Position numbers and translations under genes: made by a program. The notes beneath the pieces are model-generated. The model searched no databases. It was given only the letters and a program-made list of their open reading frames with translations, and was not told the DNA's origin. Of a stretch of 64,000 bases of DNA, positions 1 through 8,941 are shown piece by piece; the stretch's first letter is position 1; the number at the start of each line of letters is the position of its first letter. Source of the stretch: Candidatus Methanoperedenaceae archaeon (GTDB taxonomy: Archaea > Halobacteriota > Methanosarcinia > Methanosarcinales > Methanoperedenaceae); assembly GCA_963753595.1 (NCBI GenBank), contig CAVWCX010000006.1, forward strand, positions 1-64,000. Direction: 5' to 3'.

Positions 1-115
1 ATCTTTTTGACGAAGTATTTTGGACTGGGAATTCCAGGACTACACTGGAAACCTTTAAATGTAATTACTTTCAATTTCTTATTGTTGGCAATTGATGTCA
101 GGGGAGGTGACACAA

Positions 116-280
116 ATGGCTAAGCAAATTGAATGTAAATCCGCGGGGATAGACTGTCCTTTCATGCTTCGCACAGAGAATGATGACGAGCTTGTCTCGT
201 TCAGTCAGCAGCATGTAAAGAAAATGCATAAAAAAGATATGTCAAGACAGGACGTCCTTAAAATGGCAAAGAATGTGTAG
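116..280 (+). CDS. small metal-binding protein, DUF1059-like
   Basis: GGAGGTGA SD at 103-110 precedes ATG 116. The protein has the C-x6-C ... H-x4-H pattern (ECKSAGIDCPF...QHVKKMH) typical of DUF1059. Confidence 0.8.
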   Translation: MAKQIECKSAGIDCPFMLRTENDDELVSFSQQHVKKMHKKDMSRQDVLKMAKNV

Positions 281-307
281 GCAAAGGTCGCCTGCCCATT
301 TTTTTTT
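277..307 (+). terminator. hairpin plus T-tract terminator
   Basis: gtaggc/gcctgc stem followed by a T9 run right after the stop codon. Confidence 0.55.
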
Positions 308-453
308 AATGTTATGAATATTTTCACATAATATCAAGGGACGTTTTTATAATAATATCAGACTTCAGGCTTCCAACCTTTCATAGAAAGCGAATTGATG
401 GTAACCGACCTATGAAAGCAGCCGCACGTAAATGCAGGAATCACACTGAAACA

Positions 454-485
454 TTTATATTACAAGTGTTACAATATTGTCACAC
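454..485 (+). promoter_or_regulatory. TATA box and palindromic operator of the MNT-HEPN operon
   Basis: tttatat at 454-460, then the 20-bp palindrome gtgttacaatattgtcacac (466-485, one mismatched pair) abutting ATG 486. Confidence 0.6.
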
Positions 486-1025
486 ATGTTACAAAATTAT
501 AACAAATGGAAAGTACTTAAAGTCTTTTTTGAAAATCCCATGCCGAATGATGCAGGATTTCAACTGAGGGAAATTGGCAGAATAACATCTCTTGCTACGA
601 CATCTGTCAAACTTTACTTAAATGAACTCATTGACGAAGGATTGGTTATCAAGAAAAAACACAGGATATTTGCATTTCCGGTTTATCGGGCCAATATGGA
701 TAGCACAGAATTCAAATTCCTAAAAAAAATAGATACAATGATAACGATTAAGGAATCGGGCTTGATAGAACATCTCGAAAACCAATGCATGCCCGACGTT
801 ATAATTTTGTTCGGCTCTGCATCAAAAGGAGAAGATACGATCGAAAGTGATATTGATTTGTTCCTGCTCTGTAAAGAAAAAAAACTCGAACTTGAAGATT
901 TTGAGAATAAAACAAAGAGAAATATAAGCCTGTTCTTCAGCGAAGACTTTGGTGAAATAAGTAATGAATTGAAAAATAATATAATAAATGGAGTCATCCT
1001 GAAGGGATATTTAAAGGTGTTCTGA
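486..1025 (+). CDS. HTH-fused minimal nucleotidyltransferase (MNT antitoxin)
   Basis: N-terminal wHTH (LREIGRITSLATTSVKLYLNEL) and GS-x10-DxD motif (FGSASKGEDTIESDIDL); ATG 486 preferred over TTG 477. Confidence 0.85.
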   Translation: MLQNYNKWKVLKVFFENPMPNDAGFQLREIGRITSLATTSVKLYLNELIDEGLVIKKKHRIFAFPVYRANMDSTEFKFLKKIDTMITIKESGLIEHLENQCMPDVIILFGSASKGEDTIESDIDLFLLCKEKKLELEDFENKTKRNISLFFSEDFGEISNELKNNIINGVILKGYLKVF

Positions 1026-1435
1026 TGGAAGAAGGTATTATAAAAACAGCTCCCGACAGGGAAAAAGCAAAATCTATCTTGAAAATGGTGGAAACCACAT
1101 TGGAAATGATAGACACAATTGATTCAAAGAAATTTTCCTCTCATGTTGTTAAGGAGTATTATGAAGTTGTCCGTGAACTGATTACGGTGATTTTACTTCT
1201 GGATGGATATAAAACACATGGAGAGGGAGCACATAAGAAGTTGATAGAGTATATGGAGAAAAATTATGGGGAATTCAAAGGGCATGAGATCTCCCTCATC
1301 GATGACCTCAGGGTTGTGAGGAACAAGATCGCATATAATGGTTTTTTTGTAACAGATGATTATCTTGAACGAAAAAAGAAAGATATTCTGATGATTATAG
1401 ATAAGCTACGAATAATCATATATAAAAAATTATAA
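1025..1435 (+). CDS. HEPN-like toxin, partner of the MNT
   Basis: TGATG overlap with the MNT gene; helical 136-aa protein with RNKIAY (R-x4-Y variant of the HEPN R-x4-H motif). Confidence 0.7.
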   Translation: MEEGIIKTAPDREKAKSILKMVETTLEMIDTIDSKKFSSHVVKEYYEVVRELITVILLLDGYKTHGEGAHKKLIEYMEKNYGEFKGHEISLIDDLRVVRNKIAYNGFFVTDDYLERKKKDILMIIDKLRIIIYKKL

Positions 1436-1452
1436 TTTTTTAAAAATTAATT

Positions 1453-1486
1453 CCGGATAAAGCTGCCCGCAAACAGCCCTATCCGG
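1453..1486 (-). terminator. hairpin between convergent genes, probable terminator of the cytochrome operon
   Basis: On the minus strand CCGGAUAGGGCUG...CAGCUUUAUCCGG pairs fully using G-U wobbles and is followed by a U-rich tract. Confidence 0.55.
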
Positions 1487-1511
1487 TCACTTCCCCAACT
1501 TCATTGCAAAT

Positions 1512-2780
1512 TTAGTGCCCGTCATTCGGGTAATCGGGATGATCCCTAAGGACTGGCATCCTGTTAACGATCCATCGGTAAACCAATACCTGGATTATGA
1601 TAACTGATATGACTACCAGCACTTCCTTCCAGTAGAAGAGTTCCCCGCGGGGGAGCTGATAATTGAATGTCAGCAATGTCAGGTTGAACCTGTTAAGGAT
1701 TATTCCGATCATCGTCACCGCAGCTGTTACCTGGATAAGTTTAGCGTTCTTCTTCATTACCCCATAATAATACAGGAATGGGACAATTGCAAGGATCGCC
1801 ATCTCAACCAGGAACCAGTGACCTGTTGGCGTATCGAGGTATTTCCATGCGCCTTCATGTGTAATGCTTATCAATCTCATTCCCAGATATGTAAACATGA
1901 CCAGCGATGAGGCTTTCCCGAGGCCGATCGTAACATCATCGATACTTGCAAGATATTCTGGTGATGCCCGTTCCTTAAAGTAGATCGTAGTTAGTTTACT
2001 GACCACTATCATCAGGGCCATCGCAGCTCCTATTGCTGAGATAAGGGCAAGCCACGGCAGGTATGATGTATACCAGAGCGGATGCACCTTACCCGGCGCA
2101 AGAAGGAACATGGCTGACAGAGCTGACTGGTGCAGCGTAGAGAGCATTACTCCGAAGATTGTAAGACCCAGTGTCATGCTCACTGCTATCTTTCGCAGAT
2201 ACCCCTGGTTTAGCCATGCAAGGATCGAAGGGCAGAACTCAAAGAATTGCACCGATAGATACAGGGCTACATGCCAGGCCACAAGGAACATTACTGATGC
2301 TGTCCCGAAGGATATGGCCATTGGATAATATATTCTCCACGGACGGCCAAGGTCTATCATCAGGAATATTACTGCAAACAGGTATCCCAGGAAACCCAGC
2401 AGGATCGCATTCTTGACAATAGGCTGGTATCTCTTAACCCCGAAAATATAAACTCCTGTCCCAATGACAAATCCTGATGCTGAGAACGGAACTCCACTGA
2501 ATAATCCCCATGTCAGGAATAGTCCCCAGGGTTGTTCGTTCGAAGCTTCCGTTACCTGGTCAAGTCCATATATGAACCGCATTGCTATAAGGAATAGACC
2601 CGCAAAGACAATGAGACCTGCACCAATGTTAAGAGGAGTGATGAGTGTCTTCATATATTCTTTAAACGATAGTCCCAAAAATATCTTATCCCTGAGCCAG
2701 TGCGAAATTATCTCTGCTCCGGTCAGTTCATCCCTGGGATACACATGTCTTTCCACAGTTTCGTTTCCAAATTCATTCAT
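1512..2780 (-). CDS. NrfD/HybB/HmcC-family integral membrane quinol-interacting subunit
   Basis: About 10 TM helices; motifs PWGL, DLGRPWR, LSTLHQSAL, HPLW, LNRFN. Confidence 0.9.
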   Translation of the reverse strand: MNEFGNETVERHVYPRDELTGAEIISHWLRDKIFLGLSFKEYMKTLITPLNIGAGLIVFAGLFLIAMRFIYGLDQVTEASNEQPWGLFLTWGLFSGVPFSASGFVIGTGVYIFGVKRYQPIVKNAILLGFLGYLFAVIFLMIDLGRPWRIYYPMAISFGTASVMFLVAWHVALYLSVQFFEFCPSILAWLNQGYLRKIAVSMTLGLTIFGVMLSTLHQSALSAMFLLAPGKVHPLWYTSYLPWLALISAIGAAMALMIVVSKLTTIYFKERASPEYLASIDDVTIGLGKASSLVMFTYLGMRLISITHEGAWKYLDTPTGHWFLVEMAILAIVPFLYYYGVMKKNAKLIQVTAAVTMIGIILNRFNLTLLTFNYQLPRGELFYWKEVLVVISVIIIQVLVYRWIVNRMPVLRDHPDYPNDGH

Positions 2781-3687
2781 GTTTTATATCCTCCTTAGTT
2801 TTTCCCTCATGTCCTTCATGCGGTTTATTATGTGTCGCCATATAGAAACCTCCAAGCAGGGCAGGCCATGTGACAAGCGTTAGATTTACCATTCCAAGGA
2901 AATCCTTGGTCAGTTTCGGAAATGATGTTGTCCCGATATTTCCAGGGAACCCCATTTTCTCAAATGGCAGTTTTGAAATATACAACCAGCCAGTTCCCCC
3001 TGCTTCTGTTTCACCATACACATGGTCGATATATTTATCCGGCTCACCCCATATTCTCTGCTTTGCCATTTTCAACAGGTCTTTTCTCTTTCCGAATTGT
3101 ATGGCTTCAACAGGGCATGCTTCTGCGCAGGCGGGAATGAGACCATCTTTTATCCTCTGGTTGCACATGAAGCATTTCTGTATCTTGGGCTCGAACGCGC
3201 TTGAATATTCGAAGGCCGGGACATAGAATGGACATGCTGTAATGCAATAACGGCATCCGATACACAGTTTTTCATTCCATACAACGGGGCCTTCGTTTGA
3301 TTTTGTCAATGCTGCTACCGGGCACGCTGTAACACATGCCGGTTCGTCGCAATGCATGCACTGGACCTTGCGATATACCGGTTTTCCATCCTCGCCCTCA
3401 AAGCGATTGACAACCGTATATGACTGCACATCTGCAACGTAAGGTTTCCTCTGTTCTTCAAAAACCGAAGTATCTTCAAATGATGTTTTCGCAGGTGGAA
3501 GATCATTCGCCTTGTTACAGGCACCTTCACAACGGCGGCATCCGATGCATCTTGTTGTATCAGTCAGCATACCCAGGCGGTCAGGGTTACCTTCAAAATC
3601 CGTTGCGCCTAGAACGCTTTCGCTGCCCAGGACGCTTGCTGCAACAACTGTTCCGCCGATCTTGAGTAAGTCTCTCCTGTTTATCAT
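2773..3687 (-). CDS. Tat-exported 4x[4Fe-4S] ferredoxin-like subunit (NrfC/HybA/HmcB family)
   Basis: Tat signal NRRDLLK; CIGCRRCEGAC, CMHCDEPACVTACP, CIGCRYCITACP, CFMC...CAEACP; C-terminal TM helix. Confidence 0.92.
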   Translation of the reverse strand: MINRRDLLKIGGTVVAASVLGSESVLGATDFEGNPDRLGMLTDTTRCIGCRRCEGACNKANDLPPAKTSFEDTSVFEEQRKPYVADVQSYTVVNRFEGEDGKPVYRKVQCMHCDEPACVTACPVAALTKSNEGPVVWNEKLCIGCRYCITACPFYVPAFEYSSAFEPKIQKCFMCNQRIKDGLIPACAEACPVEAIQFGKRKDLLKMAKQRIWGEPDKYIDHVYGETEAGGTGWLYISKLPFEKMGFPGNIGTTSFPKLTKDFLGMVNLTLVTWPALLGGFYMATHNKPHEGHEGKTKEDIKHE

Positions 3688-3690
3688 GAT

Positions 3691-4500
3691 CTATCCTCCA
3701 ATTGGTTTATGGCATCCCTCGCATGTATTGCCTGATCGTCCTGCATGATCTTCTGGCACTATAGCCGCTCCTGCAACTCCTTTTGAATGGCAATTAAGAC
3801 AGGTATCATGATAAACTATCTTTGACTCCACGCCTCCATTTGGTATCCCTTTCGGATGGCACCTGTTACATGTATCCCATGTAAGCTGGTGTGGGCGATT
3901 TGGCGCTGAAACTACAGCGGATGTTTTTAACTCACCTGTGTGGCAATTAATGCAGCTTTGCGGGCCGCTGCTGAACTCTCCCGGATGGCAGGAAATGCAT
4001 CTCTCGTGATAAGCAGCCTTCAGGCCCGGTTGGGTCGAATCATGCGGATTTGCCGGACTATCATGGCAATCCTTACAGGCATGGATCTCATCCCCGCTGT
4101 TATGGTGGCATGTATTACAGCTGACCTTATCGCTCATGATCTTATGAAACTCAGTCGCAGGCCCGTATTTGATTGAAAGATACTCTGATTTATTGACAGT
4201 TGGCCATTCATTATTCGAAGCAAGTGTGACCTGCCCGATATTATCCGGCGGTATGGTCACTGTTGCTTCTGAAATATTAGGAGGTGCTGCAACATCAGAA
4301 GTATCAGAAGATGTTAGTAAGATCGCCCCACCCCCGAAGACCAGTGCAAGGGGAATGACGAACGAAACTATTGTTGACCTTCCCATCTTATCCCTGGAGT
4401 TTACCAGTATCCACAGGGCGATAAACCCGAAGCAAAATGCTATAACGATCAGGTATTCGACCCCTTTGACAAACGTCATGAATTCAAGTAGTGTATTCAT
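3691..4500 (-). CDS. membrane-anchored heptaheme cytochrome c (c3-like) with HmcD-like N-terminus
   Basis: 7 CxxCH motifs (CNTCH, CKDCH, CISCH, CINCH, CNRCH, CLNCH, CEGCH); two N-terminal TM helices; TLLEFMTFVKGVEYL at the start. Confidence 0.88.
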   Translation of the reverse strand: MNTLLEFMTFVKGVEYLIVIAFCFGFIALWILVNSRDKMGRSTIVSFVIPLALVFGGGAILLTSSDTSDVAAPPNISEATVTIPPDNIGQVTLASNNEWPTVNKSEYLSIKYGPATEFHKIMSDKVSCNTCHHNSGDEIHACKDCHDSPANPHDSTQPGLKAAYHERCISCHPGEFSSGPQSCINCHTGELKTSAVVSAPNRPHQLTWDTCNRCHPKGIPNGGVESKIVYHDTCLNCHSKGVAGAAIVPEDHAGRSGNTCEGCHKPIGG

Positions 4501-4578
4501 TTTAACTCCTATTTTTATTTATTTCAATTTTTTGTATTTTTTCTTCTGCTATCCTGATTTTATCCAAAATTCCTAATT

Positions 4579-6021
4579 TTATGGCACTCGTATTAACACC
4601 TCACAACAATTGTCCCCGTGTGACAATAATTTCTTAATATCAAGCTGGGCCCGGTTCCCAAAAGCGTGGTTCATTGCCCCCTTAAAAGTTTCCCTTATCG
4701 TATGGCAGATATATTTATCGACTGAATTGCCTTCTGAGACAATATTGCATTTCTTGATTGTATACAGTAGATTTTTCCCATCCGCTTTCCATTCGCTTTC
4801 CCTGTGGAGTTTTAAATCAATTATTTCAAGAGCTTTCTGGAAATTCTGGAATTCCCAGCTTTTTATATTATTCTCTTTTTCATACTCCTGCATCAGGGAT
4901 ACCCCGATCCTTTTTCCCAATGCGGTCAAAGATACAGGTATATCAGGAATGTTCTTTAGCCCTTTTAGGAAAGCCATGAACATTATCAGGTCCTGGTCAA
5001 CCCTGCTGTTACTGATCTTGAGGTTGCTTACTATCTCGTTGATCCTGATTCCCACATCAGGCCTGTGTGTCAACACGACCATATTGGCAGTTGACTTGGC
5101 ATCATACAGGTGGCCGTTCGCTTCAAGAAGTGACACTATGCTTGTTTTTAGTTTATCTATTACCTCTTTGTTCCTGTAATTATGGAACAATATGAGGTTT
5201 TCCCGGTCAACCTCTACCCGGTCCACAACTCTTGAAGTTTCATATACTTCCTTTATCAGGGACAGCATTTCGTTAAGAGGTATTTCCTGGATCGGTTTCT
5301 TGGCAAGCGTTTCTATTGTTATCTCACCCATCGGTACTTTGCCTGAAAGCAGGTCCTCAAAGTAGTTCCTGTGAACTGTTACCATATTGTAATTGCTCAG
5401 GAGATGTCCGTTTATTATTGATTTCCAAAAATCCGGGCGGCTTTTGATGGCCTGGATCACTTCATTCAAACCTCCAAAAGAGGTTATCAGGCTTTCGTAT
5501 CCTTGCTTTTTATTTGATTTTGATAATTCAATCCTGATACCTCCATCAAGATTAAAAACCGAAGTTATCTCAAGCGGAGCATGCTCAGGTGAGTTTTTCA
5601 CAAGATACTGGGCAAGCGTTCTCGCAACAAATCTTATTTTCTGGGGCGAGCCCTTGACTTCTATCAATACCCCTGATGCAGTTGTATCACTATCGCATTT
5701 TAAGGAAAGGTCAACATCCCACTCCAGGTCGCTGAATTTGTGCTGGAGATAACTTTCAAGTTTTCCTATCGAATTTATCAGCATGGGATCTATCAGATCA
5801 TCCAGTACATTGTCCGGGACAAGCAAACCATCGGTTTCGTTGAGCATCCATTTGAACAGCGTATTATCAATTGTGGATATATTCTCAAGTTCACTGTTTT
5901 TTCCAGCCCCATCTATGATCTCTCTTATTGCGGCGCTGAAATTCCCTTTATGTTTTTCAACATAAGGTTCCATCTTTTCTATGCAATCATTGTCAAGAGA
6001 GATATGTCTTGTAACGATCAT
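4579..6021 (-). CDS. RHH + V4R/MetOD1-like protein, paralogue 1
   Basis: N-terminal TRHISL...HKGNFSAAIREII (RHH-like); C-terminal C...ICHTIRETFKG...GDNCCEV; colinear with 6513-7955 and 9822-11258. Confidence 0.8.
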   Translation of the reverse strand: MIVTRHISLDNDCIEKMEPYVEKHKGNFSAAIREIIDGAGKNSELENISTIDNTLFKWMLNETDGLLVPDNVLDDLIDPMLINSIGKLESYLQHKFSDLEWDVDLSLKCDSDTTASGVLIEVKGSPQKIRFVARTLAQYLVKNSPEHAPLEITSVFNLDGGIRIELSKSNKKQGYESLITSFGGLNEVIQAIKSRPDFWKSIINGHLLSNYNMVTVHRNYFEDLLSGKVPMGEITIETLAKKPIQEIPLNEMLSLIKEVYETSRVVDRVEVDRENLILFHNYRNKEVIDKLKTSIVSLLEANGHLYDAKSTANMVVLTHRPDVGIRINEIVSNLKISNSRVDQDLIMFMAFLKGLKNIPDIPVSLTALGKRIGVSLMQEYEKENNIKSWEFQNFQKALEIIDLKLHRESEWKADGKNLLYTIKKCNIVSEGNSVDKYICHTIRETFKGAMNHAFGNRAQLDIKKLLSHGDNCCEVLIRVP

Positions 6022-6056
6022 AATTACCCCACGTTCCCGATCCTTTCGAGATTCAT

Positions 6057-6338
6057 TTACACTTTTCCAAATTGCTCATAGAGAAGTTCTTTCTCCCGTT
6101 TCAATTCGGCTTCCCTGCGCGAAAGGGCGTTCATGGCCTCATTTGCTCTTACTGAAACCGTTATCCTGTTCTTCCTGTCCAACATGTATTCCCGCAGTCC
6201 AACTGCAAGAAAAACCGCCGCTGTGACTGGCAATAAAATGACCCATCCTGTCAGGAAAGCTACAAAACTTTCAGATGGCAGGAAATAGACACTTCCTATC
6301 ACGACACCGGCTGCAACATACCTTTTCCAATAATTCAT
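6057..6338 (-). CDS. small membrane protein (93 aa) with charged coiled-coil-like tail, paralogue of 11353-11520
   Basis: GGTGA SD before ATG 6338; two hydrophobic segments around YFLPSESF; tail EAMNALSRREAELKREKELL. Confidence 0.75.
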   Translation of the reverse strand: MNYWKRYVAAGVVIGSVYFLPSESFVAFLTGWVILLPVTAAVFLAVGLREYMLDRKNRITVSVRANEAMNALSRREAELKREKELLYEQFGKV

Positions 6339-6373
6339 ATGCTTCACCCAATTATGATTATTCAATGCCAATG

Positions 6374-6437
6374 TTAAAAGAATATTTGACAGGATGATAG
6401 CATGGAAAGCCATGAATAGACATACTATGACATAAAA
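6374..6437 (-). promoter_or_regulatory. promoter of the small protein-regulator-Hmc-like unit
   Basis: ttaaaagaatatttga (6374-6389) is identical to 8000-8015; TATGACATA palindrome at 6426 lies at the same 52-bp offset as TATGGCATA at 8052. Confidence 0.55.
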
Positions 6438-6512
6438 GAGGAATGATATGCCATTGAATGGCCTTATGAATGCAATATATGGCAAAATGACAGGATTATT
6501 CTGGAAATAAGG

Positions 6513-7955
6513 TCAGTGCATTCTTATCATCACCTCGCAGAAATTATCTCCATGTGTCAGTAAATGTTTCGCGCACATCTGGGCTTTGTTTCCAAAAGCA
6601 TAACTCAAAGCCCCTTTGAATGTCTCCCTCACAGTATGACAAACGTAAGAATCAAATTCATTTCCATTTCCTGCAATATTACATTTCCTGATAGTGTAGA
6701 GCAGATCCTTTCCCTCCAGTTTCCATTCACTTTCCCTGTGCAGTCTTGAATCGATGTTTTGCAATGCCTGCTGGAAGTTATCCAGAGTCCATGTCTTGAT
6801 AAGATTCTCCTTTTCATATCCCTGCATTAAGGATTTTCCTGTCCTTCTGCCCAGGGATGTCAGGGATATGGGAATATCAGGAATGTCCTTTAATCCTTTT
6901 AAAAATCCAAAAAATACCAGAAGCTCCTGGTCAAGCCTTGTGTTGCTGTTTTTCAAAGTTTCAACAATCTCATTTATTTTTATGCCTACATCAGACCTGT
7001 GGGTCAGTATAATTATGTTGGCCGTTGCCCTGGCATCAAACATATGGCCATTTGCTTCCAGGAGTGAATGACAGCTTTTTCTTATTTTTTCAATAGCTGC
7101 CCTGTCCCTGTAGCTATGGAATAAGATCAAAGTGTCTTTATCGATTTCAACCCTGTCAACTATCTTTGATGTTTCAAAGACCTCTTTCATAATATGGAGC
7201 ATTTCTTTGAGAGGGATTTCCTGGATGGGTTTTTTTGCAAGATTTTCTATTGTGACCTCCCATGCCGGTATTTTACCCTCAAGCATGTCCTCAAAATAAT
7301 TCCTGTGGACAGTGACCATATTATAATTACTTATCAGATGCCTGTTGAAAAGGGATGTCCAGAATATGGGGCGGCTCTTTACGGTCCTGATAAGCCCATC
7401 TGTCTTTCCAAAAAAAGTCTCAAGGCTTTGCAGTGCATCTTTATTATTTGAACCTGATAATTCAACTTTTATACCTTCGTTAATGTTAACGACTGATCTG
7501 ACCTCAAGAGGTGTAATTTTAAGTGAGTTTTTGACTATATACTGCGTAATTAAGCTTGTAATGAATTTTATTTTTTGATGGTCGCCTCTTATCTCCATCA
7601 ATACTTCACCAGGGAAAATATCATTATCACATTTTAATGTGATGAAAATTCCCCACTTAAGTTCCTCGAACCTGCGATTCAGATAACTTTCCAGTTTGTC
7701 CATCGAATTCATCATCACTGGATCTATGAATTCATTTAGTACATCAGAAGGAAGGAGTTTTTCATCTATTTCCTTAAGTATCCAGTTAAATAAGGACTGG
7801 TCTATTGCCGATGAATTGATCCTGGTATCATACTTTTCCGCATGGCAAATCATATCCCTTATTGCAGCGCCGAAATTCCCGCTATGCTTCTCCACATACG
7901 GTTTAAATTTCTCGATATATTCATCTTCAAGGGATATATGCCTTGTAATATTCAT
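6513..7955 (-). CDS. RHH + V4R/MetOD1-like protein, paralogue 2 (stand-alone)
   Basis: TRHISLEDEYIEK...HSGNFGAAIRDMI; NYNMVTVHRNYFED; VCHTVRETFKG...GDNFCEV. Confidence 0.8.
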   Translation of the reverse strand: MNITRHISLEDEYIEKFKPYVEKHSGNFGAAIRDMICHAEKYDTRINSSAIDQSLFNWILKEIDEKLLPSDVLNEFIDPVMMNSMDKLESYLNRRFEELKWGIFITLKCDNDIFPGEVLMEIRGDHQKIKFITSLITQYIVKNSLKITPLEVRSVVNINEGIKVELSGSNNKDALQSLETFFGKTDGLIRTVKSRPIFWTSLFNRHLISNYNMVTVHRNYFEDMLEGKIPAWEVTIENLAKKPIQEIPLKEMLHIMKEVFETSKIVDRVEIDKDTLILFHSYRDRAAIEKIRKSCHSLLEANGHMFDARATANIIILTHRSDVGIKINEIVETLKNSNTRLDQELLVFFGFLKGLKDIPDIPISLTSLGRRTGKSLMQGYEKENLIKTWTLDNFQQALQNIDSRLHRESEWKLEGKDLLYTIRKCNIAGNGNEFDSYVCHTVRETFKGALSYAFGNKAQMCAKHLLTHGDNFCEVMIRMH

Positions 7956-7980
7956 GTTCTTCTTCCCACGTCCTTAATTA

Positions 7981-8063
7981 AATCTATATATTGACATTCT
8001 TAAAAGAATATTTGAGAAGATATTCTGGTTTTCTGTCCCTTTGAGGTTTATTATGGCATAAAA
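7981..8063 (-). promoter_or_regulatory. promoter of paralogue 2
   Basis: 7981-8004 matches 11541-11564 at 23/24 nt; 8000-8015 is identical to 6374-6389; TATGGCATA at 8052. Confidence 0.6.
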
Positions 8064-8110
8064 TGGCAATAAAAAAAGAAAAAGCGTTTTTCCTGATATC
8101 CTATAACATA

Positions 8111-8941
8111 TTATACCACCTTCAGGACATACGTCTTAATCGCTTCCACAAGTACGCTATATGATATCCACAGCATCCATACACAAATTACCAGGAAGAG
8201 CATCGTGAATATTATTTTAGCAAATCCCACGATAAATAGATTATCATTTTTCGTATGTTCTATATTTTCTGGTGCTGCAATTTTTTGGTTTTTCATTGCT
8301 TCTTCATATTCCAGGGGATGCTCATGGCGCATTTCCTCCTCTGGAATATTGCCTGTCAGCCACGAAAGATTCGGGAATTTCTCAAAATGCTCGTCATAGA
8401 AGTGTCCTATAAAGACTGCTATGGAAGCAAGGACAGCCTCCCAGGTATGGAAAAGGCCTGCTATCTGGATAAGCCCGATCGGGAAATATTTCATGGCTTC
8501 AAAAGGCTGATACATTAATAATCCCGTGAAACCCATTATCACTGCTCCGAATCCCGCCCCGAAATATTCGAATTTCTGTTTCCATGAATATCTTCCGAAT
8601 TTGGGATGCTCATCGGAATACCGCAGGTAATACTTTATCTGCTGTTTGAAGTCATCAAGATCCTTGAGATTGAACAAAACATCATAGCGAGGTTTCTCAA
8701 GAATATGATATACAACATGGTATACACTTACCCCGATCATGACAAAACCGGAGATATGATGGATCAATGTCCTGTTATCGAATCCCCCTACCGATGCAAT
8801 CATCCACCGTGACCACCACTCTTCCGGGAACTTCAGGGGAAAACCCGTATACGCAAGCAGTATGAACGATATGAAAAACAATATATGCTGTATGCGCTGA
8901 TTTAAGGTAAACCGTCTGAATTTTAATTCTACCATGTTCAA
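8111..8941 (-). CDS. cytochrome b subunit (FdnI/Ni-Fe hydrogenase b-type, CbcL b-domain-like)
   Basis: RFTLNQRIQH, YTGFP, IHH, YHV, GRYSWKQKFEY, FHTWEA, GHFY, EHPLE; multiple TM helices with His ligands. Confidence 0.88.
   Translation of the reverse strand: MNMVELKFRRFTLNQRIQHILFFISFILLAYTGFPLKFPEEWWSRWMIASVGGFDNRTLIHHISGFVMIGVSVYHVVYHILEKPRYDVLFNLKDLDDFKQQIKYYLRYSDEHPKFGRYSWKQKFEYFGAGFGAVIMGFTGLLMYQPFEAMKYFPIGLIQIAGLFHTWEAVLASIAVFIGHFYDEHFEKFPNLSWLTGNIPEEEMRHEHPLEYEEAMKNQKIAAPENIEHTKNDNLFIVGFAKIIFTMLFLVICVWMLWISYSVLVEAIKTYVLKVV

Noticed and set aside
378-418. 9-bp inverted repeat ctttcatag...ctatgaaag upstream of the TA pair
   Set aside because: Short, with no second copy or associated element seen
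6339-6485. Hydrophobic N-terminal extension of the 142-aa ORF in the track
   Set aside because: It spans the conserved promoter motifs; the SD and the paralogue alignment support ATG 6338
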